Part shown: piece by piece, positions 1 to 11,091 of the stretch | Position numbering within the stretch: position 1 is the stretch's first letter | How the letters are laid out: every line of letters begins with the position of its first letter | Source: Candidatus Nomurabacteria bacterium | Lineage (GTDB): Bacteria; Patescibacteriota; Minisyncoccia; Phycocordibacterales; UBA9973 | Length of the DNA: 64,000 nucleotides | NCBI GenBank assembly: GCA_037139835.1 | Contig: JBAXFQ010000001.1 | Span: 12,780-76,779, forward strand | Direction: 5' to 3' | The notes under the pieces: model-generated | Seen by the model: the letters and a program-made list of their open reading frames with translations, nothing else | The model's database searches: none | Told to the model about the DNA's origin: nothing | Translations under genes and position numbers: made by a program

Positions 1-2
1 AT

Positions 3-971
3 TGTTTTAATAGTTCTGACTTTAGTAAATTACCAAAGTGGAGATTGCTAGGGGAGTCAAAGGAAATGTCTTTAGTTTTTAAAGAACAGTTGTCAAAATT
101 TTTGGCGAAGTATGGATTAAATGATAGTGAAACATTTTTTAATAGTTGGATTGAATCAGATTATCAAAATAGTGGTAGTTGTATTGAAAAAAATATGAAC
201 CATGTCGTTTTATTAGAAAAACAAAAACCAGGTTCATCAAAAATATTATACGAAAATAACGGCATCACTCGTTTCGATAGAATGTCTCCAGATTTTTGGT
301 TAAAACAAATTGCAATTGGAGATACTCCTGGTAGGTTTGGAATGTTTATAGTTTCGCGTCATGATCATAATAATTCATTTGAATCAGAAGAGGCTGGACC
401 GAAACTTGAAAAAGTTTATGATAATTTGGAACAAAATAATTATATTACACGATATATAGAAGTTGCTAATAAAATAGACTTAGCTAAAAAATTGCTAAGA
501 CAAAATATTGTTTTAGGTGATCAAAATAAAATAGAATATGCACTCGTTTTTGCGCATGGTTCGCCTGATGGTATTGCCTTAACGCAAAATTTTGATGAGA
601 AAAGTCTAGAAGAGGTCGCATCTGCTAATTTTAAAAGAGCAAAAGATATTAAATATATAGATAAATCTGATTTTGAGGGAGATGGTTTCAAGAGCGCTAA
701 AAAGTTTTTTATTGATGAACCAACTGTTGGTTTTATTTCTTGTTCTGTTGGGGCTCCTGATGGTTTTGTACAGTCATTTTCTAAAACATATAATGCAAAT
801 TCAATTGGGGCTGATAAGCCTATTGGTTTAAAAGATGTATCAGTTGTTTTTAATAATGATAAGCCTGAATTTAATATAGAATATAGAGTAACAGAAGACA
901 CTTTAAAAAATACTTTTTCTGATGGAGAAATTATTCGACAAGAAAAAATATCTCCAGTTGAAGAAGAATAG
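3..971 (+). CDS. Hypothetical protein, 5'-truncated by window edge; possible caspase-like/CHAT-type fold
   Basis: Frame is open from base 3 with no stop before the TTG at 45; AHGSP and FISCSVG motifs. Confidence 0.6.
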   Translation, partial: CFNSSDFSKLPKWRLLGESKEMSLVFKEQLSKFLAKYGLNDSETFFNSWIESDYQNSGSCIEKNMNHVVLLEKQKPGSSKILYENNGITRFDRMSPDFWLKQIAIGDTPGRFGMFIVSRHDHNNSFESEEAGPKLEKVYDNLEQNNYITRYIEVANKIDLAKKLLRQNIVLGDQNKIEYALVFAHGSPDGIALTQNFDEKSLEEVASANFKRAKDIKYIDKSDFEGDGFKSAKKFFIDEPTVGFISCSVGAPDGFVQSFSKTYNANSIGADKPIGLKDVSVVFNNDKPEFNIEYRVTEDTLKNTFSDGEIIRQEKISPVEEE

Positions 972-987
972 CATAATTTATTGTTTT

Positions 988-3174
988 TTATTCGAAATGT
1001 AATTTTAAATCCTTTTCTATTAGGTTTTTAGCTAGAAGAGGGGATGATTTTAGGTTTGTATCTATTTCTATTATTTTTATCGCTTCTGTTCTTGCGGCTT
1101 CTACCATTTTTATATTCTTGATTGCTTCCATTCCTAGATCTGTGATACCCCATTGTTTGTCTCCAGAAAGAAGTCCTGCTCCACGAAGTTGTAGATCTAG
1201 CTCTGCCAATTCAAAACCATTGGCAGCTTTTGTGAGAGCTTTGAGTCTATCCATAGTCTTGTCTGTTTTTGCGTCAGCAAATAGATAACAATATGATTGG
1301 TGTGTAGAACGAATAACTCTTCCTCTTAATTGATGAAGTTGAGCTAGTCCAAATCTCTCAGCTCCTTCTATGACTATAACTGTAGCATTTGGAACGTTGA
1401 CTCCAACTTCAATAACAGAAGTAGAGACTAGTATATCTATCTTCTTTTCTGCAAAATCTTTCATAACTTTTTCCTTCTTATCTTTAGTCATCTTACTGTG
1501 CATGATATCAATATTGTAATTTTGGAAGATATCTTTCTTTAGTCTTTTAGCTTCAGTGGTGACAGATTTAACATCAAGTTTTAATTTTTCTTCTTCATCA
1601 TCTCCATCAGCAATCTTCGGACAAATCACATATAGTTGTCGTCCAACTTCTAATTCTTTTTTTATTTTTTCATAAGACTCTGTCCTTTTATTTTCTCCTA
1701 CTATTTCTGTGATGACCTGCTTGCGACCCAAGGGCATTTGGTCGATGATACTTAGGTCTAAGTCTCCATAGATAGTGAGGGCAAGAGTACGAGGTATAGG
1801 AGTAGCCGTCATTGAAAGGTAGTGTGGAGCATGACCATCTTTTTTAGCGAGCTTCATTCTTTGATTAGTTCCAAAGCGATGTTGTTCATCTATAATCACT
1901 AGTCCTAAATCTTCAAATTCGACAGTCTTTGATATCAGAGCATGTGTTCCGATAACTATAGGTATTTCACCATTTTTAACCCATTTGAGCAGTTGATTTT
2001 TAGCTATAGGAGTCCAAGTTTTGATTTGTGAGCCATTCTCCCAGCGAGCACTCTTACTTGGGTATTTACGACAACCAGAGCCTGTCATGAGGGCTATAGA
2101 GATACCTGTGTGTTCGAAGTATTGAATAAAATTTTCATATAGCTGAGTAGCGAGTACTTCAGTCGGTGCCATATATGCGACTTGTAAATTACCAAAGTTT
2201 TGACCCAGTGGTCTATTCTTGATAACTGCATAAGCAACCGTAGCTGCGACAAAAGTTTTACCACTTCCTACGTCTCCTTCGACAAGACGAGACATAGGTT
2301 TATCCTTTACAAAATCTCCTAGGATAGTATCAATAGCATCTGATTGTGCCTTTGTTGGGGTGAAAGGAAAACGAGATATAAAGTCATCTACATCTTTATG
2401 TGGGATTTTCAATTTATAAGAAAATAGTGATTCATATTTTTTCTTTTCTTGCTGACGAGCAAGCTGTATAAAAAATACTTCTTCAAAAGCAAATCTTTTT
2501 CGTGCTATTTCTGCATGCTCTTTTTTTTGTGGCATGTGGACCCAAAATAGAGCTGTGTGTAAAGCTGGTAATTTATATGTGTTTAATATATCTAGAGGGA
2601 TATAGTCTTCTATACTTGTTACACAGTCTTGTTTAAGTATCTTCTGGATTGCGTGGTAAAACCATTTAGATGTTATTCCTCTCGATTCTCTGTATATAGG
2701 AAAGCCGTATTGGATCTGTGTACCCTTATTGTTAAATAAAGAGTCATGGATGTCTATCGGAAGTATATCCTCTTTTGTTATTTCAGGGTTAGTCAGTGTC
2801 AGACCGTATGTTTTACTGTTGGTCACTTTTCCTGTTACTCGCACAGTTGAGCCTTCCTTCAACATTTTAGCTAAGTATGGCTGGTGAAACCAAATGATGT
2901 TGATAGATCCTGTAAGATCCGACAGACGAGCCTCTCCCATAGGGATTTTACTTTTAAAACCTTTTTTAGTTTTTAGTCCTGTAATGTTTCCAAGAATGGT
3001 TACATTCTCTCCATCTTCTAGTGTATTTATGTTTCTTATTTCACTTATGTCACTGTATCTAGAAGGGAAGTGATAAAGAAGATCTTTGATTGTTTTTAAG
3101 CCAAGTGTAGAGAGTGCTTTTTTTTGATTTATATCAATTCTGAAATGGTTTTCTATTTTATCCTCTAATTTCAT
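988..3174 (-). CDS. recG: ATP-dependent DNA helicase RecG
   Basis: GDVGSGKT, DEQHRFG, MTATPIPRTL, QLHQLRGRV motifs; N-terminal wedge/OB region. Confidence 0.97.
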   Translation of the reverse strand: MKLEDKIENHFRIDINQKKALSTLGLKTIKDLLYHFPSRYSDISEIRNINTLEDGENVTILGNITGLKTKKGFKSKIPMGEARLSDLTGSINIIWFHQPYLAKMLKEGSTVRVTGKVTNSKTYGLTLTNPEITKEDILPIDIHDSLFNNKGTQIQYGFPIYRESRGITSKWFYHAIQKILKQDCVTSIEDYIPLDILNTYKLPALHTALFWVHMPQKKEHAEIARKRFAFEEVFFIQLARQQEKKKYESLFSYKLKIPHKDVDDFISRFPFTPTKAQSDAIDTILGDFVKDKPMSRLVEGDVGSGKTFVAATVAYAVIKNRPLGQNFGNLQVAYMAPTEVLATQLYENFIQYFEHTGISIALMTGSGCRKYPSKSARWENGSQIKTWTPIAKNQLLKWVKNGEIPIVIGTHALISKTVEFEDLGLVIIDEQHRFGTNQRMKLAKKDGHAPHYLSMTATPIPRTLALTIYGDLDLSIIDQMPLGRKQVITEIVGENKRTESYEKIKKELEVGRQLYVICPKIADGDDEEEKLKLDVKSVTTEAKRLKKDIFQNYNIDIMHSKMTKDKKEKVMKDFAEKKIDILVSTSVIEVGVNVPNATVIVIEGAERFGLAQLHQLRGRVIRSTHQSYCYLFADAKTDKTMDRLKALTKAANGFELAELDLQLRGAGLLSGDKQWGITDLGMEAIKNIKMVEAARTEAIKIIEIDTNLKSSPLLAKNLIEKDLKLHFE

Positions 3175-3218
3175 AATAAGAGCATTATAACATATAAGAA
3201 AATAACACCAGGATGGTG

Positions 3219-3587
3219 TTATTTGAGTAGTATTTTATTTATGTATTCTACGAGTTCTTCAAGAGAGAAGTTTGACTTAATCATGAATCTGGTAGCTCCT
3301 AATCCGTTGGCTTTATCTATATCACTTTTTTCTGATAGGTTAGAAAATACAATTACAGGTATATTTTTGTTTAATTCTCCTTCCCTTATCTTTTTAAGAA
3401 TTTGAAATCCATCATAGTTAGGTAATAGCAAGTCCAATAGAACTAAATCAACTTTAGAGTCTGATATTCTTCTCATACCATCTTCTCCATTGATAGCAGT
3501 TATAACTTCATAGCCACTATTCTTTATTTTAGTAGCTTCAAGTCCTTGTAAGAATTCATCGTCTTCGATTATCAGTATTTTTTTCAT
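3219..3587 (-). CDS. Single-domain response regulator (receiver)
   Basis: ILIIEDD, LLDLLLP, final K motif; 122 aa, no output domain. Confidence 0.9.
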   Translation of the reverse strand: MKKILIIEDDEFLQGLEATKIKNSGYEVITAINGEDGMRRISDSKVDLVLLDLLLPNYDGFQILKKIREGELNKNIPVIVFSNLSEKSDIDKANGLGATRFMIKSNFSLEELVEYINKILLK

Positions 3588-3610
3588 ATATTTTTATTAT
3601 ATCATAGCTA

Positions 3611-4354
3611 TTAATCTATCGGTAGCAAGACAAAGAAAGTAGTTCCTTCCTTTTTGCTTTCGAACCATATTTTACCTTTATTCTTATCCACTAAACTCTT
3701 TGTTGTAAAAAGACCAAGTCCAGAACCCGTATTCTCTTTTTCTATAGCATTTGGGGCTCTGAAGAATTTACCGAATACTTTCGAAGCATCATCTTCTTTT
3801 ATGCCTATACCGTTATCTTCGATAGACACTAGAATTCCATTTTCTTTTTCATCTTTTTTAATGCGTATTATTATTTCTCCATTGTTGTGACTGTATTTGA
3901 TCGCATTTTCAACTAAATTCTCAAATACACTCGTGATCATATCCTCATCGCATTTGACTTCAAGATGTTCACTATCTTCTTTGTTGAATATTAGATTTAT
4001 ATTTTTATTTTTAATCTCACCTGAGAATATAAATATAATTTTCTCTAATAGGTTAAGTATATCTATCTTGGATAAATTTATGGATTCTTTTATTTCACCT
4101 GTATGGTTAGAAACAAGTACATAATTTATGAGCGATAAGGATTTTTCATTATTTTCAATAAGTTTTTCTAGATACTTTTTCTGTTCATCAGTTATTTCTC
4201 CCAAATCTTTATTTAAAAACATTCGAAGAGTCCACTTTAGAGCTGTGAGGGTAGTACGTATCTTATGCGAAGTCGTTGAAAGTATATCAGATTTGCTTTC
4301 GATCATCTTTTTTAAACTCTCATTTTCAGATTTTAATTTTTTGATCTCATCCAT
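3611..4354 (-). CDS. Soluble histidine kinase (HisKA + HATPase), no TM segment
   Basis: SHKIRTTL H-box variant, NLVENAIKYS, DNGIGI, GSGLGL. Confidence 0.88.
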   Translation of the reverse strand: MDEIKKLKSENESLKKMIESKSDILSTTSHKIRTTLTALKWTLRMFLNKDLGEITDEQKKYLEKLIENNEKSLSLINYVLVSNHTGEIKESINLSKIDILNLLEKIIFIFSGEIKNKNINLIFNKEDSEHLEVKCDEDMITSVFENLVENAIKYSHNNGEIIIRIKKDEKENGILVSIEDNGIGIKEDDASKVFGKFFRAPNAIEKENTGSGLGLFTTKSLVDKNKGKIWFESKKEGTTFFVLLPID

Positions 4355-4358
4355 ATAT

Positions 4359-4739
4359 TTATTTTTTCATTGTAGTATTCAAGGAGTTTATTTTCCCTAT
4401 ATCCATTTTTCCGATTTGCTCTTGGTCTATACGCATTAGCTTTACCCCTGCGTAGACTACTAGTGCAATCACAATAAAATCAATTCCGTTATTTAAGAAT
4501 CTTCCATAGAAGATTGATGTTTTGCCTATGTGATAAACTTCTGAATTTAAATCATTCACTCCACCCATGAGTCCGTTCATGATAGGGTATATAATATCTG
4601 CTACGAGAGATGATACAAATTTAGAAATTGCTCCTCCTAAGATAAAACCTATAGCTAGAGTAATAATACCTTGGTTTCTCAAGAATTCCCTAAAACCACT
4701 TAACCCTCTAAGTTTTTTAATTCTTTCTAATCTTTTCAT
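4359..4739 (-). CDS. mscL: Large-conductance mechanosensitive channel MscL family
   Basis: GFREFL..LAIGFILGGA..VSSLVADII.P, YGRFLN..IDF; ATG at 4739 preferred over ORF-track start 4802. Confidence 0.85.
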   Translation of the reverse strand: MKRLERIKKLRGLSGFREFLRNQGIITLAIGFILGGAISKFVSSLVADIIYPIMNGLMGGVNDLNSEVYHIGKTSIFYGRFLNNGIDFIVIALVVYAGVKLMRIDQEQIGKMDIGKINSLNTTMKK

Positions 4740-4835
4740 TTTTTTAGTATAGCAAATAAATCGATATTTTTTAAGAGTCAACTGATTTGCTTTTATATTC
4801 ACCTTTATATAGTATAAAAGAAAAAAGGAGGAAAA

Positions 4836-5240
4836 TTGAAGAAAAAGAAAATTCTAAAAGTCGTACGGTTCTTTTCTGCTGGGATAATAAGCACAATTTT
4901 TGGTTTTTCAATGCTTTATGCTTTTACCGAATATATTGGAATCCATTATTTGTTATCATTTGTGATGTCGTTTATTATAAGTGATATTTTTAGTTTTGTA
5001 ATTAAGAAATTTTGGGTATTTGAAGAAAAAAATATTAAGGAAGCTAAGCTTCAAATATTTTTATATCTGGTATTATCCATTATGTATTTAATTACAAATA
5101 CGGGGCTTCTTCTTATAGGGGTAGAGTATTTACATATACATTATCTTATCATCCAAGCAGTAGTAATATTTTTATTGTTGATGCCTAATTATGTACTTTC
5201 TCAGAAGATCTTTATCGTACAAAAAATCCAACAGCGTTAG
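4836..5240 (+). CDS. GtrA-family membrane protein
   Basis: Four TM segments, VVRFFSAG, KFWVF. Confidence 0.8.
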   Translation: MKKKKILKVVRFFSAGIISTIFGFSMLYAFTEYIGIHYLLSFVMSFIISDIFSFVIKKFWVFEEKNIKEAKLQIFLYLVLSIMYLITNTGLLLIGVEYLHIHYLIIQAVVIFLLLMPNYVLSQKIFIVQKIQQR

Positions 5241-5262
5241 ACGTTGTTGGATTTTTATTTTT
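5221..5262. terminator. Bidirectional intrinsic terminator
   Basis: AAAAATCCAACAGCG..CGTTGTTGGATTTTT hairpin between converging gtrA-like gene and tRNA-Ser. Confidence 0.7.
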
Positions 5263-5263
5263 G

Positions 5264-5350
5264 CGGAGCTGGCTGGATTCGAACCAGCGGGGGAAATTAC
5301 TCCCCGCCTCTTTAGCAAAGAGGTAGATTAAACCACTCTCCCACAGCTCC
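5264..5350 (-). tRNA. tRNA-Ser(GCT)
   Basis: GGAGCTG/CAGCTCC acceptor, CCTCT-TTGCTAA-AGAGG anticodon arm, long variable arm, GGTTCGAATCC, G73. Confidence 0.95.
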
Positions 5351-5439
5351 TTATAATATAAAGTATCATAATTATTCTTATTTCTCAATAATATTTTATT
5401 ATTAAAATAAATGTGCTAAGATAATCAAAGTAAATCACA

Positions 5440-6977
<1,538 letters not shown>

Positions 6978-7012
6978 TTTTAAAAAATTATATTTTAAGA
7001 TACAATACAATC

Positions 7013-7189
7013 ATGGAAACAATACAAACATTTATACAAACTATTTGGGCTTCGGTCCTTTTACTTGGATGGTTTAAGGTAATTATTATTGTAGTAGCAA
7101 TAGCGCTGCTTTCAAAGTATCAGTATATATTAGGAATGTTGGCGGCTTTATTGTTCGTTGCATTTTTGGGACATTGGATATCTTTCTAA
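7013..7189 (+). CDS. Small hydrophobic membrane protein (58 aa), not in ORF track
   Basis: METIQTFIQTIWASVLLLGWFKV...HWISF; TACAAT 6 nt before ATG; terminator follows. Confidence 0.6.
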   Translation: METIQTFIQTIWASVLLLGWFKVIIIVVAIALLSKYQYILGMLAALLFVAFLGHWISF

Positions 7190-7210
7190 TTTATAGAATA
7201 TAGGGTGTAA

Positions 7211-7250
7211 AAGAAAATGAGTAAAGTAAGACTTTACTCATTTTCTTTTT
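7211..7250 (+). terminator. Intrinsic terminator
   Basis: AAGAAAATGAGTAAAGT-AAG-ACTTTACTCATTTTCTT inverted repeat + T run. Confidence 0.75.
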
Positions 7251-7334
7251 GACAAAAAAACACAAAAGGTATAATATTTCTGCAAGTAATGTTGGCAATA
7301 TCAATTCAGATATTGCTTTTAAATTTTTTAAATT

Positions 7335-7733
7335 ATGGGGAAAAATATTGTAAAGCCTAACAGTGTGGCTACAACAGCACGTTATTCTGATGCGGATTTA
7401 GCCTATTTTGAGAAGATTATTAATCTCAAGCTTGAAAAAGCACGTCAAGACCTAGCTGTCTATAAAAGCTCAGGAACGAACGCGAATGGGACTGAAGATA
7501 CCAGCCCAACTTTCAAAGCGATTGATGAAGAATCATCTCCTACTGCACTTAAAAAAGAAAGAGATGATGCTATTTCAAGATTGAATAAGTTTATCTCCTA
7601 TTTAGAGGAGGCGCTTGTCCGTGTTAAAAATAAGAGTTATGGAGTTTGCCGCAAGACAGGAACTCTTATTCCTAAAGAACGTCTTATTGCTGTTCCACAT
7701 GCTTCATTATGCATTGAAATGAAGGCTTATTAA
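7335..7733 (+). CDS. dksA: TraR/DksA-family protein, Bacteroidota-like type
   Basis: RYSDADL, NGTEDTSPTFKA, ALVRVKNKSYGVCRKTG..IPKERLIAVPHA. Confidence 0.85.
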   Translation: MGKNIVKPNSVATTARYSDADLAYFEKIINLKLEKARQDLAVYKSSGTNANGTEDTSPTFKAIDEESSPTALKKERDDAISRLNKFISYLEEALVRVKNKSYGVCRKTGTLIPKERLIAVPHASLCIEMKAY

Positions 7734-7765
7734 TTAAGTTAAATTAATTTAAAAAAAGAAAAAAG

Positions 7766-7909
7766 ATGAAAATGTCAAAGAAGAGGGATCACTATTCCTC
7801 AAAAGAATTAACAGATTTTGCTTACAGCGAAAACCAAAATTCCCCAATTGATATTAAAGAAGATGAAAGAGAGGAAACTACTCAAGAGGATTTTGTAGCT
7901 GAAGAGTAA
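7766..7909 (+). CDS. Small acidic protein (47 aa), not in ORF track
   Basis: Open frame MKMSKKRDHY...EDFVAEE between dksA and a terminator. Confidence 0.4.
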   Translation: MKMSKKRDHYSSKELTDFAYSENQNSPIDIKEDEREETTQEDFVAEE

Positions 7910-7935
7910 TTAACTCGATAAAACTGTAAATTATA

Positions 7936-7969
7936 AAATGGCTCAGTCTTAATTAAGACAGAGCCATTT
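7936..7969 (+). terminator. Intrinsic terminator
   Basis: AAATGGCTCAGTCTTAATTAAGACAGAGCCATTT inverted repeat. Confidence 0.65.
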
Positions 7970-8007
7970 ATTTTGATTAAAATCGATTTAAGGTATAATA
8001 TAAGTAT

Positions 8008-8172
8008 ATGAAACCACAATCTAATAAAATATGGTTTATTATAGCGGTTGTTATTATTGGTAACATTGCAATTTTTTATAACATGTCAAAAAAGTTAGAA
8101 AGTTATGTAGCAGATAGTATGATTGAAAATACAGTTATTGGTGGTATAAGTAATAATTATGGACAAAAGTAA
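8008..8172 (+). CDS. Small single-TM protein (54 aa), not in ORF track
   Basis: MKPQSNKIWFIIAVVIIGNIAIFY..; TATAAT just upstream. Confidence 0.45.
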   Translation: MKPQSNKIWFIIAVVIIGNIAIFYNMSKKLESYVADSMIENTVIGGISNNYGQK

Positions 8173-8698
8173 ATTAACGACAAGTCAGAAAATAAAGAAA
8201 AATATCTGGAAGCATCTTTATAAATATTTTCCATGGGTTCAAAAGCATTTTTTGAAATGGCATTTAGTGTGGCATGAGAAGGGTCGTCAGCCTTACCACA
8301 TAGGATGGCTTGCTCCAGGGAAGACACTTGAAGAGCTAGAGAAGCACTTGCATACTGAATGGGGATTTGGTAATCATTTCGTAGCTTGGAAAGACAATGG
8401 CCAAGTTCTTTCTTGGCGTAAGCTTGAAGATTTCGACAATCAGTACCATCTTCGCGTTTTTAAAGATGGAGAAATAAGAGGGCACCATGAATTTACTCCT
8501 GAGAGTAAGCCATTCGAACATTTTGTGGAAATAAGTGAAGAATCACGAATAGATGAATTTAAAAAGTTTTTAGGGCATTATATCGTAGAAAAGAAACATA
8601 TTTCACATTTAAAAATGGATAGAAAAACTGCTCCAGATTCTGAGATTACAGTTGATGATCCACTAGATAAAAATGGAAGACATAAAAGAAAACAATAA
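8159..8698 (+). CDS. Hypothetical protein (Trp/His-rich)
   Basis: 179 aa ORF; QYHLRVF, EIRGHHE motifs; no family recognised. Confidence 0.7.
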   Translation: MDKSKLTTSQKIKKNIWKHLYKYFPWVQKHFLKWHLVWHEKGRQPYHIGWLAPGKTLEELEKHLHTEWGFGNHFVAWKDNGQVLSWRKLEDFDNQYHLRVFKDGEIRGHHEFTPESKPFEHFVEISEESRIDEFKKFLGHYIVEKKHISHLKMDRKTAPDSEITVDDPLDKNGRHKRKQ

Positions 8699-9674
8699 GA
8701 TTATAAAAATTTTATCAGAATTACCAGATTTAGATAATAATTATAAAGAGATATCCGTAGAGATGACTCCAGATGGAACACCATTGGCTGTGGCTTTTTT
8801 TGATATAGATAAGACTCTGGCTGAATTAAAAAATATACATGGTAGGTCTATTAAAACTTTATTTAAAATTTTCTTTGATAAAGATTTTGAAGGAATAGAA
8901 GAAGTTTATTTTCGAGGTTTTAGACTTGGTAATTCATTTCGAGAATTTGATCGCATGAACGGTATATATAATTTGGGATACAAGGAGTGGATAGATGAAA
9001 ATGTTTATATAAAAGAAAGACTAAATCATAAAAAGAAAGAGATTGATAGTGAAGGGAATGAGACTCACGATACTGCCAAGATGTATCTCGAAAAGTATGT
9101 TGAAATAGCTTCTTCTGTCGCAGAGGATATATATAAAAATGACAAAGAAGAGTTTGAGCTTTCTAAAATAAAGCCTGTTTTTGCTTTAGCTAAATTTTAT
9201 AAAAGTATGGGTATTCCTATGTTTGGAATGACTGCAAATGGTAAAAAATTTGTATATACAATTTCAAAATACCTAAATTTGTTTGATTTTTTTATTGATA
9301 TAGCTACGGACGAAGATATGGTAGGGGGAGGAAAAGAGATCATAATACCAAAGCTAATAAAAAAGCTTGAAGACAAGGGAGTGAAAGTTTCAAAAGAAAA
9401 GCTTGTTATAGTTGGCGATTCTCTATCGGGAGACATAGGTAGTGGATATAGATATAAAGATGGAGAAAAAGAAGTTTTTATAAAAGGCATACTTGTTCTT
9501 AAGGATGTGATAGAGCTTAAGAAAATTAAGAATCAAATATCCCAAAATCCAGAACTTTCCAGAATCATAAAGAATACAGATACAGAAGCTTTTATAACTG
9601 ACAATGTAAAGATGGATATTCATGGATTACCTATGATTATGGGGGATAAAAGAAATTTCTTGGTCAAATTATAA
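8673..9674 (+). CDS. HAD-superfamily hydrolase
   Basis: FFDIDKTL motif I, MTAN motif II, VGDSLSGD motif IV. Confidence 0.75.
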   Translation: MEDIKENNKIIKILSELPDLDNNYKEISVEMTPDGTPLAVAFFDIDKTLAELKNIHGRSIKTLFKIFFDKDFEGIEEVYFRGFRLGNSFREFDRMNGIYNLGYKEWIDENVYIKERLNHKKKEIDSEGNETHDTAKMYLEKYVEIASSVAEDIYKNDKEEFELSKIKPVFALAKFYKSMGIPMFGMTANGKKFVYTISKYLNLFDFFIDIATDEDMVGGGKEIIIPKLIKKLEDKGVKVSKEKLVIVGDSLSGDIGSGYRYKDGEKEVFIKGILVLKDVIELKKIKNQISQNPELSRIIKNTDTEAFITDNVKMDIHGLPMIMGDKRNFLVKL

Positions 9675-9709
9675 AATGCGTTAGGCTTTGCCTAACGCAT
9701 TTTATAATT
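9667..9709. terminator. Bidirectional terminator
   Basis: AATTATAAAATGCGTTAGGC-TTT-GCCTAACGCATTTTATAATT between converging genes. Confidence 0.8.
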
Positions 9710-9736
9710 ATTTTCTAATCACTAAAACCTAATTTA

Positions 9737-10939
9737 CTATTCACTAATTTTAGATTCTGGATAGATTACATCCCATAGTGCTCCTGCCACATTGTGTGGT
9801 TTTCCGACAAGAGGGAAGTGATGAAGATCAATAAATGGAGCAGAATTGCATTCTATGACTCCACTTTTTGGTTGGTCTTTCCACGATATAGATACATCGT
9901 CCATTATAAAGTCTACACCGATAAGTGGGTCGTCTAATACTTCTCCGATTTTTTCAAGCATTGCTATATTGTCTTTGTGTATTACTTCGGTCATATCTGT
10001 TATACCTCCTCCTACTGCACGACTAGTTTTTTGTCCGAGTGTTATTACTTCTTTGTCTTTTGGTATTGTTAATTCTGTTTTGTTCCAGTGTGTAAGTTCT
10101 TTGATTGCTTCTTCGTCTAAAGCAAGCTGATGAAATATTGGTCCATGACGTAGAGGATTTTTATTTTCTATTTCTATTAATTCTTTTACGTTGTGTATCC
10201 CATCTCCGATAACATAAGCTGGCTCACGTCGTAAACATGCGACAAACTTTTTACCAATGACAGTCCCTCTAAAGACGTAACCAGAAAGTTCTTCTTCAAT
10301 CATAACCCAAGGAGATAGTTGGTGTGCCTTTTTGTAAGAAGCTATTAGATTTGCTTCATCTGATATATGCGTTGTAGTATGACGACTTCTAGAACCTAGA
10401 TTTGGCTTTGTTATTACAGGTTTGTTTAGAGTATTGAATATTTTAACAGCTTGTTTTACACTACCTGCTATACCTCCGCTCGCTACTGGTATACCTTCTT
10501 TTTTAAAATGCTTTTTCATTTCATTCTTATTATCCATCCAGGAAAGACCCTTTGGGTTATAATTTTTTGTTCTAGGAAGTACATCAAAGAATCTTGTTTC
10601 ACCTTTGAATTTTGATATAAAAATATCACGACCAACACCAAATAAAAGGAACTCTTTCATAACGATTCCTCTTTTTATTGCTTCTTCCCATAAAACTCTT
10701 GCTCTTAGACTGTCTTTTTTTTCAGGTTTATCTATATATTTTCCTAAATGTAAAATTACTAAAATTCTTGTAATTATTGGTCCGATCCATTCTAGTTTAT
10801 CTTCAGGAATTATATTATCCATCCAGCTTGTCCATGGTTCTATCTTATTACTTAGCCATATTGATATATAAGCAAGATTATGATTTACCTGGGCACCTCC
10901 ACAATCTACACAATACTTTTTCTTTTTTTGTTCTGACAT
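9737..10939 (-). CDS. ATP-grasp ligase related to the N-terminal half of cyanophycin synthetase/GshF
   Basis: PVITKP..GS, R.PAYVIGDG.H.VKELIEIEN..PLR, GGG.TD.T..IH.DN, IGVDFI, IECNSAP. Confidence 0.8.
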   Translation of the reverse strand: MSEQKKKKYCVDCGGAQVNHNLAYISIWLSNKIEPWTSWMDNIIPEDKLEWIGPIITRILVILHLGKYIDKPEKKDSLRARVLWEEAIKRGIVMKEFLLFGVGRDIFISKFKGETRFFDVLPRTKNYNPKGLSWMDNKNEMKKHFKKEGIPVASGGIAGSVKQAVKIFNTLNKPVITKPNLGSRSRHTTTHISDEANLIASYKKAHQLSPWVMIEEELSGYVFRGTVIGKKFVACLRREPAYVIGDGIHNVKELIEIENKNPLRHGPIFHQLALDEEAIKELTHWNKTELTIPKDKEVITLGQKTSRAVGGGITDMTEVIHKDNIAMLEKIGEVLDDPLIGVDFIMDDVSISWKDQPKSGVIECNSAPFIDLHHFPLVGKPHNVAGALWDVIYPESKISE

Positions 10940-11091
10940 ATGTTTACAATATACCAGAAATTTACCTCCATACCTACTTTTTTATGGTTATTATTGTATT
11001 ATTGTATTATTTTTTAAATCAAATCATTAAAATATATAAATATATTTTCATTTTACAAAATGAACAATTACAAAAAAGTGGGTGTATGGTT

